Part shown: piece after piece, positions 59,657 through 64,000 of the stretch
Numbering within the stretch: position 1 is the stretch's first letter
Layout of the letters: each line of letters opens with the position of its first letter
NCBI GenBank assembly: GCA_965178125.1
Contig: OZ237760.1
Location: 434,001 to 498,000, forward strand
DNA length: 64,000 nucleotides
Reading direction: 5' to 3'
From: Bilabrum cf. latius
Lineage: Eukaryota
Translations under genes and position numbers: made by a program
The notes under the pieces: model-generated
What the model was told of the DNA's origin: nothing
Seen by the model: the letters and a program-made list of their open reading frames with translations, nothing else
The model's database searches: none

Positions 59657-62089
59657 TCATGCGTACTGCTGGGCCGTCTACAGCGTGCTAAGGTCGCCAT
59701 ACTCGGCCATCACTGTTCGATCCGCGAAGGACCGGCCCCCGAGAGCATCGGCTGCTGCCCCTGCCTGCGTCCCATCCGCGTACTGAAGCACCACAAGGCC
59801 CTTGAGGGGGCCCCCGCGCGGAACCAGGACTTGCAGCAATGTCCCATGCTTCTGCGCTTCCTACTGGATATCGAGCCGAATGTCTGCCACGACGGCGGGA
59901 TCTGCGAGTTCCCCATCTGTGACCATGTTGCTGAGTGTGAGCACTGGGGTGGCTGCGGGGAGGTGAAACCAAGGCGGAAACAAAAGAGAGGGAAAGAATA
60001 GTCCATCTATGGGGCTAAAGGGGAAGCAACGATAGAAGAACAAGGGGTGCACTGGGCAAGGCAGCAATTCCCGCTGCTCAGGCTGCCTGCCTGCCTGCCT
60101 ACCCAACAGAGACCTCTACACTGCTGTGCCCAGCATTCACTGCATTGCAGCGATACTTGGAGTACTGGACCCCAACAGACACATTCTAGCACTCAAAGTA
60201 TGTATACTCACGCGGTTTCGTTGGCTTGCCCGCACCGCCTGCAGAGGCAGGTGCGGGGGCCGCTGCTGGCACTGCCGGTGCCTGTGGAGGTGCCTGCGGG
60301 TACTACGGGGCTGGGGGTGCCTGTGGCGGGGCGGCGTGCTGCTGCGGGTACCCTCCTCCCGCGGCCTGGGGGTACCCGCCCTGCGCCTACGGGGGGGGAT
60401 ACGCCCCTCCTGCCACGGGGGGTTGCCCGGGGGCTGGCTGCTGCGGGTAGCCCCCCTGCTGGGGGTACCCTTGGGGTTGCTGCTGGGGGGGGTATCCTCC
60501 GGGGGAACCACCGTACGCGCCGCCTGCCGCCTGGGGATAGCCCCCCGCCGCCGGCGCCTGCACCTGAGGTGCGCCGTACTGGGACGGGTATCCCGCGGGC
60601 TGCGTGGGGTATCCCCCAGCAGCAGCAGCCGCACCTGGAGGGGCCTGCATCCCACCGTATGGCTGCTGCTGAGGATACCCTCCGCCTGCACCACCGTGCG
60701 ATGCACCTCCCGCGTACATGCCACCGTGCGCCGCCGGAGCCCCTCCTCCGTACCCCCCGCCTGCACCACCGTGCGATGCAACCCCTCCTCCGGACCCCCT
60801 TGGGTTGGCCCTCCTCACGGTCAGCTGCTTGTCTCCCAGCGGCATGCCGTTCAGAGCCCCCATCGCCTGGTCCACATTGACGCCCTCGTCCCAGGCACAG
60901 AAAGCAAATCCCTTGCACGACTGCGTGTGCGGGTCCCTGACCACGTTGAGGGCGGCCAGCGGCCCCTGCGACGACAGCAGCTGCCTTACCTGATCGTCTT
61001 TGAGGTGGTGCGGGAGGCCCCCAATGAATATCTTGCGGGGGCCGTCCGGCACCTGGGTCTGCACCAGGCCGAGAGCTGCCGTGTTCAGCTTGATCTCGCG
61101 GCCGGGGATCGGCGGGAACTGCGCTGGATCGTAGTCCTTGGGCCTGTTGACCCTCACAGCCTTGCCGTTGATGGCCAGACCGTCCAGCGCCAGGCAGGCG
61201 GTAGCAAGCTCGACCGACCTGAACGTGACGAACGCAAATGGCTTATCTGCGGCGCAGAATACCTCCATCACCGCGCCCCCGGGCACTGGCTGGTACGCCT
61301 TGGTCACAGCCGCCTCAATGGCCGACTGGATGGCGTCCTGCCCCGTGCCAGGGGGCAGGTTGCCCACGTACAGCCGACGCGCGGGCCGGGTCCGGGTTGC
61401 CTCCGGGTCCTCTGCCGCCTGCTGAGCCGCCTGTTCCTGCGCCGCTGCCTGCGGTGTCACCCTCGCCATGAGTCCGGCCCTGGCCAGGGCAGCGGCGAGG
61501 TCTGCCTTGTTGAGTGAGCCGGCGGCGGCAGGGGCAGTGGCTGGGGCTGCCGAGGAGGGGGCCGTGCCGTACCCTCCTCCGGCAGGCGCTCCCGCTCCAG
61601 CGCCACCCGCTTGTTCCTATGCATCCGCTTCGGGTCCAAACCTGCGTTTTCGCCTGCGTTTCGTGGTACCGTCGCCAGCCACAGCAGCGCCGGCTACCTG
61701 CCCGGGAGCGCCGCCAGGCACTCCGTTACCCGGGGCCCCTGGAAAACCTCCTGATTGGGGAGGCGCTGCAAATTGCTGCTACTGTGGATACCCTTGCGGC
61801 ATTCCAGGGGCCGTGGCCGACGCTGCTGGGGGCGCGGTTGCTGGAGAAGATTGGGGGGCAGAGCTAGCGCCGGCTGGAGCGCCACCTCCGCCTTGCATGG
61901 TCATCCAGGCGGGCAATGTGGCACCTGCGGAATTCAAATGTACGTGTGCTCCGAGATTTGGCTGCGTTTGATGTCATCTTCGCAGCGCAATCGTATCAGT
62001 ATCTTCCTATGAGATCCCTGACACGATTGCGAGCGAATACGTTCATACCAATGAGATATCTTACCACGTCCGCGACCTCTACCAGCCAT
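59657..62089 (-). CDS. U2AF2: Splicing factor U2AF large subunit (RRM1-RRM2-UHM)
   Basis: Exons 62089-62065, 61924-60236, 59952-59657. [80 protein letters not shown]. Six TAG; ends TGA. Confidence 0.92.
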
Positions 62090-62272
62090 AGTTATGATTT
62101 ATGAAACTCGCTGAATGACCTGGGGGCTACTGAATTGACACAGTTGGGTCAAGGACAGCGTGGCGGGCGGTCTTTCATAACTGCACGTTACAGGGCGCCG
62201 CCAGCGGAACTTTTGTCGATACTCGCGAGCAATTGCTTCATCCGAGAGTCTTGTTTAAACTTTCCTTCGCCA

Positions 62273-63334
62273 ATGCGATTCATTTGCTCGTATAAGCATT
62301 CTGTTGCTTCGGTGGTATTCTGTGAGGCGCACTTGACGATGACGCCATTGTTGGCGATTATTGCAGTTGCTCGGTCCTGGCTGATGCATCGATTCGCCAA
62401 TTCGTGACTTTGCACCGCAGCGGCCGCGGTTTCTATGGAACGAATAGCAAAGACAGTAACTCTTCGAATGTCTGCGGACAGATTGCAGATCTTCGCCGAC
62501 AACAACGAGTGCAAAGCCTACGCAGAATTGAAAGTTGCAAGTGTATTCGACGATTGGCGGGTAGAAAGCCGGGCTGATAACGTAATTGGCCTCGGTATTC
62601 CATCTAAAGCACTTGCAAGCGCCTGTAAATCAAGCTAGGATGCCTTCAAGACGACATTTAGGCTGACGAAGCGCGGCGGAGCCCCGTTCCTGTCATTTCA
62701 AATGAGCAACGAGGACGAAACTCGCGTCTACACCGCTGATCTCCCGGTAGTGATTCTCGTTGGGAGCGCTGCTTAGGCATTAGAAGAACCGAGCGTTCCG
62801 TCCGTGACTCTTCAGATGCAAGCCCCGAGTCCACGTGCCGCCCAAGCCGTGCTCGAGAGGATGAAGGCCCTCCGTGCCAAGCGGGTGCAAGTGGCTGCTG
62901 CCACCGCTGGAGTCGTGTCCTTCAGCGTCAGGAGCGACCTAGTCGCGGTCCAGTCGTTTTTCTAGGACCTCGAGGAGGCAAGGGCGGGCTCAGGGGCCGG
63001 TTCGGCAGGAGGGGGCCACCTCACCGTGGAGGGCACCGCAGACCTGGGTGCCCTCTTGCTCGTGGCGGCGTCGGCGGCTGCAGCCCCGAAAGTGTCCGCG
63101 CACGTGCTGACAGTCTCTGCACCATCTACGCTTGGATGGCTCTGCGGCCTTGAGGGCGGCATGGGGTCTGCGGTCTTTTTGCTAGCTTTGGACGACGTTC
63201 GAGTGCAGAGGGTGAGTGCCGGGCCAGGGGGCGATGGCGAGGGCGATGGCGAGGGCCAGGAGGCGCAGGACGGCGGCGCGGGGTCGGAACTAGGGGCTGA
63301 GGCAGTGAAAGGTATGAGCGGCAAGGAGACGTGA
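62273..63334 (+). CDS. HUS1: Checkpoint clamp (9-1-1) subunit HUS1
   Basis: Exons 62273-62321 and 62421-63334. MRF..., RIAKTVTLRM, ALASACKSS-TAG-DA, RLTKR...PFL, DLPV, EP, VLERMK, SFF-TAG-DL. TAG at 62636, 62774, 62963; ends TGA. Confidence 0.85.
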
Positions 63335-63538
63335 GGCTGGCGCGTTGGCCCGCTCTGTCGCCGTATCGAGCCACGCCTGGCCTGTAAAGAGAGCTAGGTG
63401 AGATTGTTAGACCACCAGTTGGGCTTGTTGGACAAGCATGGGGTCCAGCCGCCCCGGTGGGGGAGATCTAGAATCCAGATCAGATCTGATCTGATCGCAC
63501 ATGCCTATGTGCTTCTCGTTGGCAACAATTAGAAGCAT

Positions 63539-64000
63539 TCATGTCTTGTCTTTGCCGCTGAGTCGTCGTCTCGAGGAGGACCTAGATCGAGAACCGGCAA
63601 TGCCCTTGCCTTTGGACGGCGGCTTGGCCCCTGGGCCTAGTGGGCTGGACGGTGGCTTGGCACCTGCATTCCGTGGGCTGGACGGCGGCTTAGCCCCTGC
63701 ACTCCGTGGGCTGGATGGCGGCTTTGCCCCTGGGCCTCGTGGGCTGGGCGGCGGCTTGGCCCCTGCACTCCGTGGGCTGGACGGCGGCTTTGCCCCTGGG
63801 CCTCGTGGGCTGGGCGGCGGCTTTGCCCCTGCACTCCGTGGGCTGGACGGCGGCTTGGCCCCTGCACTCCGTGGGCTGGACGGCGGCTTGGCCCCTGCAC
63901 TCCGTGGGCTGGACGGCGGCTTGGCCCCTGCACTCCGTGGGCTGGACGGCGGCTTGGCCCCTGCACTCCGTGGGCTGGACGGCGGCTTGGCCCCTGCACT
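63539..64000 (-). CDS. 3' end of a gene with basic Ser-Pro-Arg repeats (partial)
   Basis: Frame starting at 64000 reads (SAGAKPPSSPR)n...GSRSRSSSRRRLSGKDKT-TGA; several repeat variants are synonymous in this frame. Confidence 0.65.
   Translation of the reverse strand, partial: SAGAKPPSSPRSAGAKPPSSPRSAGAKPPSSPRSAGAKPPSSPRSAGAKPPSSPRSAGAKPPPSPRGPGAKPPSSPRSAGAKPPPSPRGPGAKPPSSPRSAGAKPPSSPRNAGAKPPSSPLGPGAKPPSKGKGIAGSRSRSSSRRRLSGKDKT
63613..64000 (-). repeat. 33-bp coding tandem repeat, about 12 copies in window
   Basis: Plus-strand unit CCGTGGGCTGGACGGCGGCTTGGCCCCTGCACT, continuing off the window edge. Confidence 0.95.

Noticed and set aside
63637-63999. VQGPSRRPAHG repeat ORF from the track
   Set aside because: The substitution pattern favours the adjacent SAGAKPPSSPR frame.
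1-64000. Mass pseudogenisation or sequencing error explaining the internal stops
   Set aside because: Interruptions are exclusively TAG, never frameshifts or TAA/TGA, affect essential genes and coincide with conserved Gln sites.
1-64000. TAG as pyrrolysine, Glu, Leu or Tyr
   Set aside because: The best-conserved sites and the poly-Gln context indicate Gln. A few sites are individually ambiguous (kinase SV*SA near 58740, often Tyr; UHM DIQ*EA at 59861, often Glu/Asp) but are tolerant positions.
1-64000. Code-15 bacteriophage or prokaryotic origin
   Set aside because: Spliceosomal introns and eukaryote-specific genes (MED6, U2AF2, XPO5, HUS1, formin).
1-64000. tRNA-Gln(CUA), eRF1, rRNA or transposon/virophage sequences
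   Set aside because: None recognised by eye in this window; a covariance-model scan is needed to exclude small RNAs.

Overview
Gene-dense, GC-rich eukaryotic nuclear DNA with about 23 protein genes, short GT-AG introns and intergenic gaps mostly 115-450 bp. The Ala/Gly/Ser-rich inserts resemble a heterotrophic stramenopile such as a bicosoecid (inference only). The main result is a non-standard nuclear genetic code: TAG is a sense codon for Gln, while TGA (dominant) and apparently TAA remain stops, equivalent to NCBI table 15. About 110 in-frame TAGs (manual count) interrupt about 20 otherwise intact genes with no frameshifts and no internal TAA/TGA. They fall on conserved Gln positions in CDC7, exportin-5, HUS1 and an RCC1 repeat, and inside a poly-Gln run of U2AF65. 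The supplied ORF track is therefore fragmented. Re-reading with TAG=Gln gives a signal-peptide/transmembrane formin, UBE2H, a GT25-like enzyme, a 2219-aa carboxylic-acid-reductase-like enzyme, a degenerate cryptochrome/photolyase-START fusion, an EF-hand/RCC1/F-type-lectin protein, a sulfotransferase-like protein, an elongase, MED6, XPO5, TMEM135, a PARG-like macrodomain, a cyclophilin, a multipass membrane protein with WW domains, a J-domain protein, an N-truncated WDR59, CDC7, U2AF65, HUS1, orphan genes and two coding tandem repeats. No RNA genes, mobile elements or CRISPR arrays were recognised. Family calls come from motif recognition by eye, not database searches.
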